A DNA stretch of 64,000 nt, from contig NC_092670.1 in NCBI RefSeq assembly GCF_964355755.1, positions 40,412,388 to 40,476,387 on the forward strand, read 5' to 3'. Shown here piece after piece: positions 47,340-60,400 of the stretch. Each line of letters opens with the position of its first letter. The stretch's first letter is position 1. The position numbers and the translations under genes were made by a program. Source of the DNA: Antedon mediterranea (lineage: Eukaryota; Animalia; Echinodermata). Under the pieces are notes generated by a model. That model was not told the origin of the DNA. It did no database searches and worked only from the letters and a program-made list of their open reading frames with translations.

Positions 47340-50300
47340 TTAATTACCCTGCTCGCCATCTTCGTCTCCATCTAAGTTATCGCTTGTCCACAACTAACAA
47401 ACAAAAATTAAATTTATAAATTATATATCTCTATAATGCTTTCTAACTTTTACAAGCATATTAAGTTTATAAATATGTCTGTTAGCTGTTGATTTAAAGG
47501 TTACTACAGTGGTTTCCACTAAGAGTACAGAATGTAGCTTGGGTAGTGCTGGGTGTGTGCGGTGTTGAAATTAGGCGGAGTGTACGACCTTAAAATAAGC
47601 TTGGATAGTGGGTGAGAAATACCGGTTTACATAAACAGAGATTTCTGGAGTGAAGATCTTAAAATAAGCTTGGATAGTGGGTGAGAACTACCGGTTTACA
47701 TAAACAGAGATTTCTGGAGTAAAGATCTTAAAATAAAATTAAGTAGTAAAAACTCTGCCAAGCAAAATCATTGGCACGCTGCAGTGTGTATCAACTTACT
47801 GTTAAGTTATCTCTCAGCAGTTGCATGATTAGTGTGCTGTCCTTAAACCCATCGTCTTTCGCCACGTCCAGATCTGATATTGCTTCGTCAAAAGCCTATA
47901 AATAAACAAGCATCATTTTCATTACAATTCCCTACATGTATGCATTATCTATCAACTTTCATGGGTTTTTCCAAAATAGCAATCAGTAAGTAGAGTTTAC
48001 TGATTTTATTGACTTTTCTTAGTATCATGTCAAAATGATTCTACTGCAGTAACTACATTTTTTGTTACTGCAGTAACTTCAATTTAGTTGGTTTAAATTT
48101 AGAGGTGTGAACATAATGATCAAAAAAGCTTGATAAATTAAACAGTAAACAAAATGTAGTAATCTACAATAGAATTACATTGTGTGTACTGGCGCAAATG
48201 TTACTTAATACAATATTTAATTGAGGATTGAAACGTACAGATTTAGCTAGGGAACAAGCCTTCTCTGGGTCATTCAGTATTTCATAGTAGAAAACGGAGT
48301 AATTGAGAGCAAGGCCAAGTCTGATTGGATGAGTGGTATCCATGTCCTTGCTATGTTTAGTGGCCTTCGTATATGCTTCTTTTGATTCGCTCACACTTTC
48401 TAAAAAGCAAAATAAACAAACAGCATTATACTAACTTCCTTTGTAATCAGTCTGACGAATTACCCATCAAACCACACTGAACCCCATCAGACCAAACCTA
48501 AGCTCAATGAACCACAATGGTGGCTGGTATTATTAGGGGTGATTCATTAGGGTTTGGTGTGGTTCAATGGGGTAATTCGTCAGACCATTTGCAATAGATA
48601 CAAAAAGAACCTAGACTTGTACTGCAGGCTTTCAGAAGGTAATACAGTGAACTCTCCCAATAACAGACACCTTTGGGCTGGCCAAATATGTCTGGTTTTC
48701 AAAAAAGTATGGTGTTTGTTTGTTTGTTTGTTTTTTATCTTTATACTGGGTGACCTCTTCAGTCAAAGACTGATCTCCCAGCGGGCCCAGTTGGTGATCA
48801 GTGGCTGTGATGTACTAATACACCGGGGTAACCCCCTACTCGTCTCGAAAGATGTACTAGGTTCTTTAAAGTGCACACGAGCAAGTTGTGTACACTGGAC
48901 CTACGGTTTATAGTCCTTATCCGAGAAGACTCGTTCTACCACCAGAACCATGTTTTGAATGATAAAAAGAAATTTGGGACTTTTTGGTCCCCAAGAAAAG
49001 TCTGATATTGAGATCGTTTCTGGTATTGGGAGAGTTAACTGTATCATGCTTGTTTCCTTACAGGAACTACAGAAGAACTGTATTAGCACAGTAGTATAAT
49101 AGACATTACAGTATTCATTCAATCTTTTATTTTAGAATCTCTGGTCCATATAAAGTAAAATTGAATTAAAAATAAGCAAGACTGTACTAACAATTACTAC
49201 TTGGGTTCCCTATAATATATTTATGATATGATGGTAAAAATAAATTCAGGCCTACCACCAAAATAAAAAATTCTTTTATATAATAATAATTTATAAGATT
49301 TTTTATGTTTATAGGTAGAAAATAAGTATATTACTTGATTTATCTTCTCCTGTTGCTACTTCGGCAAGATAGCGGTGGTAGTCTCCCTTCATTTTAAGAT
49401 AAAACACTGTACTTTCAACTTCATTATTCTCAGCTTCATTATTCTTCAATTTATCTTTCTCAATGTCTAATAACTTGTCAAGTAATTCCTGCCAAGGATA
49501 CAAACAAATCAAATTAACTTTATTTAACTTTGAAAAGAACAGAAGTGTAGCATACATTTATTAAAGACGCATCATGAGATGATTGGGCAAATGCATGAGA
49601 TGATTGGGCAAACGCACAAGATGATCGGGCAAACGCACGAGATGATCGGGCAAACGCACAAGATGATTGGGCAAACGCATTATGAGACGATCGGGAAACT
49701 GCACGAGATGATTGGGCAAACACACAAGATGATTGGGCAAACGCACAAGACAATCGGGCAAACACACAAGACGATCGGGCAAACGCATTATGAGACGATC
49801 GGGCAACTGCACGAGACGATTGGGCAAACACACAAGATGATTGGGCAAACGCACAAGACAATCGGGCAAACACACAAGACGATCGGGCAAACGCACAAGA
49901 CGATCAGGGAAACGCACAAGACGATCGGGCAAACGCACAAGACGATCGGGCAAACACACAAGACGATCGGGCAAACACACAAGACGATCGGGCAAATGCA
50001 TGAAACAATCGGGGAAACGTATGAAACAATCGGGGAAACGCATAAAAAAATCGGGGAAACGCATGAAAAAATCGGGGGAAATGCACAAGACGATTGGGCA
50101 AATACATCATGAGACGATCTGGCAAACGCACAAGATGATCGGGCAAACGCACAACACAATCGGGCAAACATACAAGACGATCGGGCAAAGCACAAGATGA
50201 TCGGGCAAACGCACGAGAAGATTAGGCAAATGCACGAGATGATCGGGGAAAACGCACAAGATTATCGGGCAAATGCACGAGATGATCGGGCAAACGCACG

Positions 50301-50845
50301 AGACAATCGGGCAAATGCACGAGATGATCGGGGAAAACGCACGAGATGATCGGGGAAAACGCACGAGACGATCGGGTAAACACACAAAACGATCGGTCTT
50401 GTATCCTGTCTGTCTGTATGTAGGCAAGCTATAATATATAGGCTAGGCCTCCTAGATTATTATTATTATTAGGCCCAGGCCTAGCATAGCAGTAGCTAGC
50501 TAGGCTAGGCCCTCATGATTATGTTCTTACCAAAACTTCATTACAGATTAGTTTTAATTCCTGTTCAACCTTTTCCTTATACTCTTGAGTCTTTTTCCTT
50601 TTCCCTTCATTTTCCATTACATCTGATTTTCCTTCGATGCTCGATATTACACGCCATGATGATCGCCTTGCTCCAACAACATTTTTGTAAGCAACAGACA
50701 GCAGGTTGCGTTCGTCGTTCGATAAGCTAATATTCTTTTCAGAGTTTTCATCAACAACTAACTTCATAGCGTGGGACATATCATCGTATCGCTCAGCCTG
50801 TTCAGCTATTTTAGCTTTCTCAACTTGAACCTTCATCGACGACAT
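47340..50845 (-). CDS. 14-3-3 protein (zeta-like, non-epsilon), 5 exons, 259 aa
   Basis: Exons 50845-50531, 49488-49335, 48399-48239, 47895-47800, 47393-47340 (TAA). Motifs [75 protein letters not shown] and [20 protein letters not shown]. Confidence 0.96.
48449..48587. mobile_element. Short TIR element (GTCTGACGAATTACCC termini)
   Basis: 16-bp inverted termini with imperfect flanking duplication TTTGTAAT / TTTGCAAT. Confidence 0.6.
48645..49041. mobile_element. MITE family D copy carrying an inserted SINE fragment
   Basis: TA-CAGTGAACTCTCCCAATAACAGA...TCTGGTATTGGGAGAGTTAACTG-TA, longer than the 42647 copy by the inserted segment. Confidence 0.75.
48742..48953 (-). mobile_element. Nin/Deu-domain SINE fragment
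   Basis: Minus strand reads TCGGATAAGGACTATAAACCGTAGGTCC...GCACTTTAAAGAACCTAGTACATCTTTCGAGACGAGTAGGGGGTTACCCCGGTGT, resembling the Nin/Deu core as I recall it. Confidence 0.6.
49570..50396. repeat. Minisatellite, about 21-bp unit, in 14-3-3 intron 1
   Basis: CACRAGAYGATCGGGCAAAYG variants, roughly 38 copies; source of the overlapping spurious ORFs. Confidence 0.92.
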
Positions 50846-50961
50846 TTTGTTACTTCAATTATGCAGGGCGTTATTCACAGACAAACCCACTACTTTTACA
50901 GTTTCGGGTGCCGGGCTGAGGGTTCGTCTCTTTCTCACGATCCGATCTCGATAGGTTGGAA

Positions 50962-50972
50962 AAGATGGCGGC
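50962..50972 (+). promoter_or_regulatory. YY1-type motif AAGATGGCGGC near the 14-3-3 transcription start
   Basis: Exact match to the established YY1 consensus about 115 bp upstream of the 14-3-3 ATG, in a CpG-rich patch. Confidence 0.55.
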
Positions 50973-51992
50973 AAATAAACGGAGAGAGGAGCGGAGGCGA
51001 GAGTGGGACTGATTACTCATTGTTGATAAGCAATATCAATACGCTGTGGAAATCAGGAGGAGGAAATATTAAATATTAAATTGATATTATATTATATTTT
51101 TAATATTTGGTTATTTAATAAATCTGTATTAAGAACTACATTTGTTCATTAAACTGTTCGATTTATTACAGAATAATTAAAAGCCTTGATTATCACTGCA
51201 GTGCTGTAATGTGTGAAGGATTTCATTCTCAGTTGTAAAACAGCAAAGTGAATCGACGGCAAAATGACGTCAAACGTTACCTACCGAGATGTTGTCATCG
51301 TGAGTAATGAGCTATATGATGTCACCTCTTTGGAATGTGGTTTTCGTCAATTCTTTAGAGAGGGAGACAGACATGTATCATTGATAAAATTAATATGTAC
51401 TGTACTACGTTGATATCAAAAGTTTGCAGTACACCAAGTATATAGTTCTGAAAATAACTGTTGAGTTTCTCGACGTTTCGATCGTCCTCATGAGTGAGAA
51501 TGCAGAAAGTCCAAGAAACTTAGATAGAATATAAGTGGAGTGGAAAGGGTGGGACTGGTGTGAAAGCCAGAAACAGTGAAAGTTCACACAGTGGGAGGGA
51601 TTGACTATAGCTAATAGCAGAGCATTGTTTCTCATGAACAATAGTGAATGAAAACTTGCTATAGAAGAACATTGTTTCTGGTAGGTGTGAAAAGCAGGGT
51701 GAGACAAGCTAAAAACAATAGCATTGTCTCAAAGTTGGGTGTGGACTGACCAAACAAGGCCATGTTGTGATTACGCAATACAGCACTTTGCGTCGATACG
51801 TCACTGCGAAGAACCACGCAAAGCTTATAAGAATAATAATAATAATAAGCTTTATTTAATCACGGAACTGAAAGTTGTTTTTTTTTTCGTGCTCAAAGGA
51901 AAACACCAACAAAAATAAAAAGACCCTAATTACTATCAAAGCAGATAATAAAACAATTACAATGAAATAAAATGAAACAAGGATACACTAAT

Positions 51993-52850
51993 GCTTGGTT
52001 CCCACTAGAACGTAACGCAAGGACGTAAACGCAACGCAAAGCGTGATAACCAATGACAAGCGAAGTTAGAGACAGTATCATCACAAGCGAATAAGCCATC
52101 GCTTGTGATTGGGCAATTCACTTGCGTTGCGTTACGTTCCTTGTGTTGCGTCGCTAGTGGGAACCACGCTTTGCGGCAATCACAAGCTAATAAGCCACAA
52201 GCGATTGCTTGTGATTGGTCAATTCACTTGCGTTGCGTTACGTCCTTGCGTTGCGTCGCTAGTGGGAACCACGCTTTTACTAACTATAAAATTAAATAAT
52301 ACACTACATTTAAATAAAGCTACATGAAATTAGCAGTTAACAGTTTCTTAAAAAGAGAGACAGTGTTCACATTAGAACGTAACGCAAGGACGTAAACGCA
52401 ACGCAAGCGTTTTAACCAATGACAAGCGAAGTTACGTTTACGCCCTTGCGTTACGTTTACGCCCTTGCGTTACGTTTACGCCCTTGCGTTACGTTCTAGT
52501 GGGAACCAAGCTTGAACAAACAAATTGTAGGAACAATTTCTCAGATGAACTTTTCGTCGACATTACTTTTGCAAACTATAATTAGTTTGCAAAAGTAATC
52601 TCAAAAAGTCCATCTGGAAAAAAAGCCCACCCAAGTGTACTTTAAAAACTGGTTTTTATTAGTCTATTTAATAAAGCTTGGTTCCCATTAGCGACGCAAC
52701 GTAACGCAATCTACGCAACGTAAGAACATTCCCCTTCCAATAATTGTGTTCCCCCCCCGCCCCCCGCCTGCTTGAAATCAAACCTGTGATGTTTGCTGCT
52801 GCAGCACTGGTTGCATCGTCGGTTGCCACTCTAGTGGGAACCACGCTTTA
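51993..52850. mobile_element. Cluster of MITE family B copies and partial duplications between 14-3-3 and SNX17
   Basis: Repeated GCTTGGTTCCCACTAG / CTAGTGGGAACCAMGCT ends at about 51993-52170, 52170-52277, 52370-52512 and 52675-52850. Confidence 0.75.
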
Positions 52851-53160
52851 TGGAAAATGAATTCCGACCATACAAACTTTGTTTCTGATTTTTAAAAAAG
52901 GTCTACTTGCCTTTAGGCCTAACATTTTCAACCCTCTAAATATTCTCCTTCAAAAAACAATATTCATTTTCCATTTAAAAAAAAACAAATATATCTGTGA
53001 GGTTCGAAACCAATCTAGAGGAAATATCTCAAAACAGAGCATAATTACCGTTACGCCGCAAAGTAAATGACTGAATAGCTGATTATAGTCTATACGTGCT
53101 TCATATACGTAATTCATCATTACGTCATAATATGCATATTAACCTTGTCAACATCAATAC

Positions 53161-53460
53161 GACCGGTTAGCTCAGTCGACTGAGCGTCGTGTGAATACAC
53201 GAATGTCGTGGGTCGATTTCCTGCTGGTTTCGGAACGTTCCGTGGTGGAATAGAGTAAAGCTATGCAAGCTACTGTGTTTGGGGTTCACAGAGTTATACG
53301 TCCCCTTTCCACCACAGATCATGAGACAGCACCAGCAATGCATCTGACGATGATGTGGTGGTGTAACGACCCCAAGACTGTGGTAGGGCCTTGTGCTGAG
53401 GCAAGGAGGGCACACTATAGCATCTTTATTTTTCTGAGGCTTTCGCCACATGTATTTTTG
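53161..53460 (+). mobile_element. tRNA-derived SINE-like element (degenerate tRNA head)
   Basis: GACCGGTTAGCTCAGTCG...GTCGTGGGTCGATTTCC (A-box and degenerate B-box) followed by a GC-richer body. No intact cloverleaf; the 3' boundary is uncertain. Confidence 0.5.
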
Positions 53461-54109
53461 TTTGATGTGTACATTTTATGTTTAGCATTTTTTTAACCAT
53501 TTTTGACTTGAAATGTTGGCTTTTTTATGTTAAATGATATACAGATCAGTGAATTGAGCTTGTTTTAGAAAAAGCGTTTGTATGATTTGTCAATTTTTTA
53601 TATTTTTTATATTTTGTTCCATGGTTGGGAACTTCTGTTCCTCAGGTTGTTGGAATGTTTTTGTGCAAATAAATTTATCATTTACATTTATGTTGAATTA
53701 TGCAAATTCTATTAATCTACTCTTTTGAGTTGATTATTACCAAACAAAAAATAGATTGAATAATCTGCACTATTTTAATTATACATTTTCAACTCCCCCT
53801 CTCCTTTATTATAATTTATATTAAAAACTGCAAAATGGCCTGTTCAATATCACTTTTATGTTTTGTTTTGAAAATACACTTTTAATAGAGTAAAATAAAT
53901 GAACTTTTTAATTTTATAGGTCAGCCGTCAAAATAAGCTTTTTGCCGCACATGTTCTATATGATGACACAACAGTGACATAAAACAAGGTCAACAGCCAT
54001 AAAATAAGTCGGTGCTCTCAGAAAAAAATTAACTTTCAAAAAGTAATGTACTTTAAAAACTTTTCTGTACATCAAAACAGTTCAAAAAGTAAAGAAAAGC
54101 GATAAAACG

Positions 54110-54190
54110 CATAGTGATACCGGACCGACAGAGAGACCGACCGACCGACATAGTGAACTATAGAGTCGCGTCCACACGCGACTCTAAAAA
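54110..54190. mobile_element. Helentron/HINE-like element terminus
   Basis: (ACCG)n microsatellite followed by the hairpin TAGAGTCGCGT-CCAC-ACGCGACTCTA and an A-run, the layout known for DINE-1/HINE ends. Confidence 0.5.
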
Positions 54191-54409
54191 GTTTCAAAAG
54201 ATGATGATGACCTTTTCACTAAACTTTGTTTTGTGACATGACCTTTGTATGTAGGCCCTATACACATCATCCACCACCCGTCCGCCGTACCGTGCGCGTG
54301 TACCAACACACCACCACCGCGAGAGCAAAACAACTGCCCGATAACTAGGCTAGTCTAGCTCCACCAAAGATGACTGTTTTCATCTAAATGCTCGTTCTTT
54401 CATAACATA

Positions 54410-57400
54410 ATGCATTTTTCAATACCGGATACCGAGGAATTTACATCAGAAAATGGTTCTACATACACGGTAAATGTTTAGAATATGCTTTGTTATCAAC
54501 AATACACAGATTTTAATATCAAGTAGCCTAGGGGCCTAGCTAGGCTAGGCCTATATGCTCATTCATAGCATTTGTCAAAATACTGGCTCGAATGGTTGTC
54601 GCGGTCTGGTCGCATTGGGACAGCCACGTCGTATTATTGGGGTTCAATTTCACTAGGCCTAGTATTAGCTGGCCTAGCCCTGTAGCTCTGTTTTTGTTAC
54701 CCTATAGGCTATGACATGATAGACACCATGCATAATATAATACAAATAGGCTAGCCACAGTATAGTTATTAATGCCTAGGCCTAGTAGGCCTTGCTTGAA
54801 ATTGTATAATTTATTTTATTTTCTGTAAAATTTGTGTTTCTGAGCATGTGCGGAATGACTTAAAAACTATTAAAATTCTTTTCAAGACTGAAATTTTCTG
54901 AAACAGTCTAGTAATGCACGCAATTGAATGATCCTCTTTACGGAGAGGTGCGTCATACCTTATGAATACAGGTCCTCCTAAATACCAAGACCTACCAAGA
55001 CCTGTCAATTTAAAGTGTTAATTTAACGAAATATGATATATATATATATATAGACTTCTAATAGCATTTCCAACAATAAAACCTCAATTTTACCGCTATA
55101 TTGACACCAAAAATGTTAAATAACCGACAAGCTTTGCGTTGATGCATACGTTGCGTCACAAATGTCCAGATTGCGTCAACTAGTATGGCTCACTGACACT
55201 TGACGCAGCTCTCGTGTCATAGGCCTACTGTGTCGTAGGCCTACATTTAACATTTTTAATTTTTTTTTAATATTTCGTTTAAACACTTTAAATTGACAGG
55301 TCTTGGTAGTTCTTGGTAGGTATTGGTAGGTCTTGGTATTTAGGAGGACCCATGAATACCATGTCGCACCCCTTTTTGATGCATTGTGACCATGTTGTTC
55401 ATGATATGGTGGGTGTAAGGTGACGGACATTGACACACCATCCGGCATTCTTCATCAAACTTTTGTTTTCAAACTGTGAATTTGTAATCAAATTACTATA
55501 ATTAAATTAATCTGCTTTCAAATTGAATTTCAGTGCTACCACTTGCACGTGAATGGTGTGGAGCATTCAATGTTGCGTTACAGCCAACTTCATGATTTCA
55601 ATGAAAAATTAAAGAAAGAATTTGGTAGTGAGATCATCAACAACTTTAAATTTCCACCTAAAAAGTTACTTGGACTAAACCAAATCCAAAAAGAGGAAAG
55701 AAGAGAGAAATTAGAACATTACATTCAACTATGTGAGTATAAGTGACACAATGGCTTGATGCAGCAGATAATATCCTTGCTAATAACAGTAACAATGAGT
55801 CCTGAGTTAAAATCTGTACTCATGGTAAAAAACAACACAACTTTTGGAGTTTCTTTTCAATCCTAATTTCCTAATGTGCCCAAATATGGTAGTGATATGC
55901 CCAAATATGGTAGTGATATGCCCAAATATGGTAGTGATATGCCCAAATATGGTAGTGATATGCTCCAATATGGTAGTGATACATGTCATCATTATGTCCG
56001 TATATGAGCACATCACAGTGTAGACAGACAGACATTGTTTAGACTGACGGATGTGAAATGAAGGCCAATTCCAAATCAATGGAAACAAATTTGACAGACA
56101 TTAATAAATCTTTTGGAATTTCTTTTGTACAGTAAGTCAAGATGCGAGAGTCGCAAATAGTGATGTGTTTAACGGATTTCTTATTAGTGCACAAAAAGAA
56201 ACGGAGAAAGGAATACCAGAAAGTGTTGAACTAAACGTGTATCTTATGAATGGTCACAAAATTACAGTAGATATTATGTCAACTGACCAGGCTGAAGATG
56301 TTCTTGAGGTCAGTGATCAGTTTTAATTATCAGATTATTATTATTTCAACAAATATCAATTATTCCAAAAAAAAAAAACATGTGTGGATTAGCAGTTAGA
56401 AGCCATAGTGGCACTGCAGCCTGTTTTTTGTGGTTTGTACTTGTTTAATAAGCTTGGTTCAAGTCCAGTTACAGTCCTAGTGTTTTTCTGACAGCCAATA
56501 CAGCATCACTAACTAAGCCTCTATAAGCTACCGTGGCTCTGTAACATGATGGTATACATATTGTGTACTTGCTTACCAATCCCAGGGTCCTTAGTTCAAA
56601 TCATGTTATACAGCCAATATATAAATTTAATACCACTACCTAAGCCTCATATGAAACTTGGTTTAGGAGGCATGGGTAATTGGTGAGTCGTGTGTTTGCT
56701 GTTGGATTGTGTAAACATTTAAAAAATAAATATTCTACTTTAAAACATTTAAAAAAAAAGTATCCAATCAAAAGTCTGTGTAAAAAACAATTACATTTAC
56801 ATAATGCATCAAACTACATGTAACATTATGATGATAACTGTAACATGTGTTTGTTTAATAGACCATAGCATTTTTGGGAACTAGAGGCAGGTTTAATCCA
56901 ACAGCATATTGTTATACTATCAATAACTTTGTTGACTCAGTAGGGAGCAAGTCAATACACCATCAGGCAAAGTTTGAGGAAGTGTAGTTAAAACAAACAA
57001 CATAATACCAAGGTTGAATACAAGGGTATATAGTCTGGTTTGTGCAGGTTTTTGGGGGCTTTGCGCTGTAAAATCTGTAATTACCCTAAAAAGTTAAGTT
57101 TTTCACCCAAAAAGACAAACTTATGGCAACTTCAAACAATTTTATAATTTATCTCCTTTAATTGTTTGTTTTGATTGGGATCTTGTCAATTTTAATTGGT
57201 TTGAAGGAGGATTTAGATTGATGTCTGGTTGTTGATTTGAGTTTTTTTTTTGGTGGTATGTGGGTTTGCATCGTCATGAGTACATATTCGCTTCTTAAAT
57301 GGAAGTTAAATTAATTGGAATGCAGTCATTTAAAAAAAAAAATTTTCACTAACATAACAATAACATTATAATAAACTGAAAAAATAAATGTACTTTATTT

Positions 57401-60400
57401 ACACAATTATATGTATTGTTAGGATATCAATTTGCTGGTTCATACAATTTAAAAAAAATAGGAATTTAAAGTATGTACAGTAATAATATATATAGTGAAC
57501 TGGTAGTGAAGTTGACACGGAATCAACTTTACAATGTATTATTACATTACAATATTCTAATGAATCTTGTCTATTAATCTAATAGCCATTACCAGCGGGA
57601 TCTCTTCTATCTCCCTTCCTGGTTCACAAAGTTAACTGAATGGCGATGTTTTCTTGGGAATAATATTTATTTATTTTATTCATATTGTGCAATGCACGCT
57701 AATCTGAATAGAATATAAAACACAATTGAAATGAAAGAAGTTATAGTCGAAGTACTGTAAATAATGAAAAAAATACTATTAGTCATCAGGCTTTATAGTA
57801 AATATTATATTTAAAACAAATGTAAACAGCAAGTAATGTAAAAAGTTAGTAATTTATAATTATGAAATCCAGTGTAACAAGTGTAACAGGTGTTTAAGAA
57901 GTTGGCTTAAACAGTAATAAACTTGGTTTATTATTTACAGTTTAAGAATAATATTAGCTGATTCAGCCTGTCTACTGTATATGTCACCAGTATGATACAG
58001 TATGTAGGCAAACTCAATTATACAGCACACATGTGACCTTCCTCTTCCTAGATTCAATAGTGCAGGCATCACATGTGACACACATTAGATGCTGTATTTT
58101 GGAATTACCCTATGATACTGGATAAATATTTTCATATTGATGTTGAGATACAATACAGCGCTGAGAATCGTGTGATAAAAATATTCACTATTTTGACTTT
58201 TTTTTTAAAACAAAGACTCAATCGTACTTGAATTTAGATTTTCATCCATATTGTATATCTTATATCCTCTTTATTCCAAAAAATACTGACCAACTTTCCC
58301 TCACGTGGTCAAATGTAAAAAACATGTCAAAAAATATCAAGAATATTAACCCCACAGGTTTTAAATTAGAGGAGAGTTTCATTCGAATATTAATAAATTA
58401 ACAGTTTTATTTTAATGTTGTTTTTTTGTAGGCAGTTGCAACAAAGGTTGAACTATCAGAGCAATATGTATATTACTTTGGTTTGTATCTTGTCAAGAAA
58501 GATGAATCAAGTGCATTCAGTAGTAAGTGCTTATTATGTCACCTGCTTGTATTCTTGCCATTTGATTGGTTAAAGGCATCACAGGCCGTTCATTATTTTT
58601 CACTAATGAACGGCACTATTGAACAAATTTACCTTTTTGTAAAAATTCAAGTAAAATAACTTTGTCAAGCTGTCAGCTAGACTTCAGTTCAGTTGATCAG
58701 TTGTTGTGTGTTACGATGCCGATGGGCTCCTTTCCAGCAACTGGATGGTTTTTATGTGTAGTCTAGTCGAGACCAGTTGTTAGTTAATACTAATTTACAA
58801 TACATAAACTCTATCTCATTACTAAATTGAAACCAGAGAAAAATGTTTTCATAACTGAATTATATTTCAATTTTCAGTTGTTCGTAAAATTCATGATTTT
58901 GAATCGCCATACATTTCCTTGAATTCTGCTAAAGGACCGCATAGAATAGTTGTAAGAAAATCGTAAGTTTTTTTTTCACTCCACTATCTTTTCATCGCAT
59001 CAAATTTTACAAACCAAACAAGGGACGATTTATTGTTTGTCAATAATTCAGACTTTATATCATATTTTAACGTCCCATGCATATCTTATACACTGTACAA
59101 TAGATTGTCGTGAGCCTAAAGTACAGTATGTCAACATTTTTTTAATGTATTGTAAATTTTAATAATTTGTCGTCATGATCTCTTAGATATTGGGATCCTG
59201 TATTTGATGATGATTTAAAGGAAGACAGGGTTGCCATGAATCTTTTGTTTATTCAGGTGAAGTCTAAACAAATTGTCCTTTTTAGTTTTACTTTCTAAAG
59301 ACTGATTAAGTTTCTTAACAATTATCCTTTTTTTGTGACTTATAACTTTTTCATTTCTTGATGAAATTAAATTACATTAATGTTCTTCTTTGCTGTAAAT
59401 GGTGTCAAGAAAATAGAACCATTTTTGGGTAAATGTATTAAGTGGTGACGTTAATGTTATTGTAGGCTGTGAATGATGTAGAGAGAGAATGGGTCGTTTG
59501 TAGCAAGGAACAGCGTCGCAATTTAGATACATTAAAAAGGAAAAACTCACGGAAAGAGGTAAGCCTTCCCTTTTATATCAAGAAATAGACTTTGTAATAT
59601 AACATTTTTTTTAAATATGCACAAATGTTTGCCTTTTGAAAACTGACTTAATCAAAATCATTTTATAAATTGTTTTATAAGCAATTTTGATAAATCTGAT
59701 CTAATACATTTGCCACAAAGTTTTTGAAATTTTGTGCTACTAAATCCAAAACTAAAACTACGCCAAATCCAAGTAATGGTGATTTTATCTTCACATATAT
59801 TGTTGATGCAATTTACTTTAATTTTGCAGTACGTAAAAGAAGTTCGGAGTATGAAATTTTACAATTATATCAAGTTTAAACCGAGTATTTCCGATTATCC
59901 AGAGGAGAATGTTCCAGTTGTCGTACATGCAGGAAATCGGGAGATTATCTTCACGGTACGGACTCCTGACGGATCTTACAAGGAAGGGACGTTTAAAATA
60001 ACAAGGATGAGGTGCTGGAGAATAACATCTGTGAGTTACAAATAATGTCACAGTATGTGACAAATAATAATGTCACATAATGTGACATTAATGATAATGT
60101 CACATAATGTGACATAATATTAATGTGACATAAATAAATAATGTCACATAATGTGACAAAAATAATAATGTCACATAATGTGACAAAAATAATAATGTCA
60201 CATAATGCGACATAAATAATAATGTCACATAATGTGACATCAATAATAATGTCCAATAATGTGACATCAATAATAATGTCACATAATGTGACATAAATAA
60301 TAATGTCACATAATGTGACAAAAATAATAATGTCACATAATGTGACAAAATAATAATGTCACATAATGTGACATAAATAATAATGTCAATGTGACATAAA

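Noticed and set aside
49520-50427. Multiple overlapping repetitive ORFs
   Set aside because: Translations of the 21-bp minisatellite in 14-3-3 intron 1.
53161-53235. Functional tRNA gene
   Set aside because: The B-box and T-arm are degenerate and no clear anticodon arm or terminator is visible. Treated as a SINE head.
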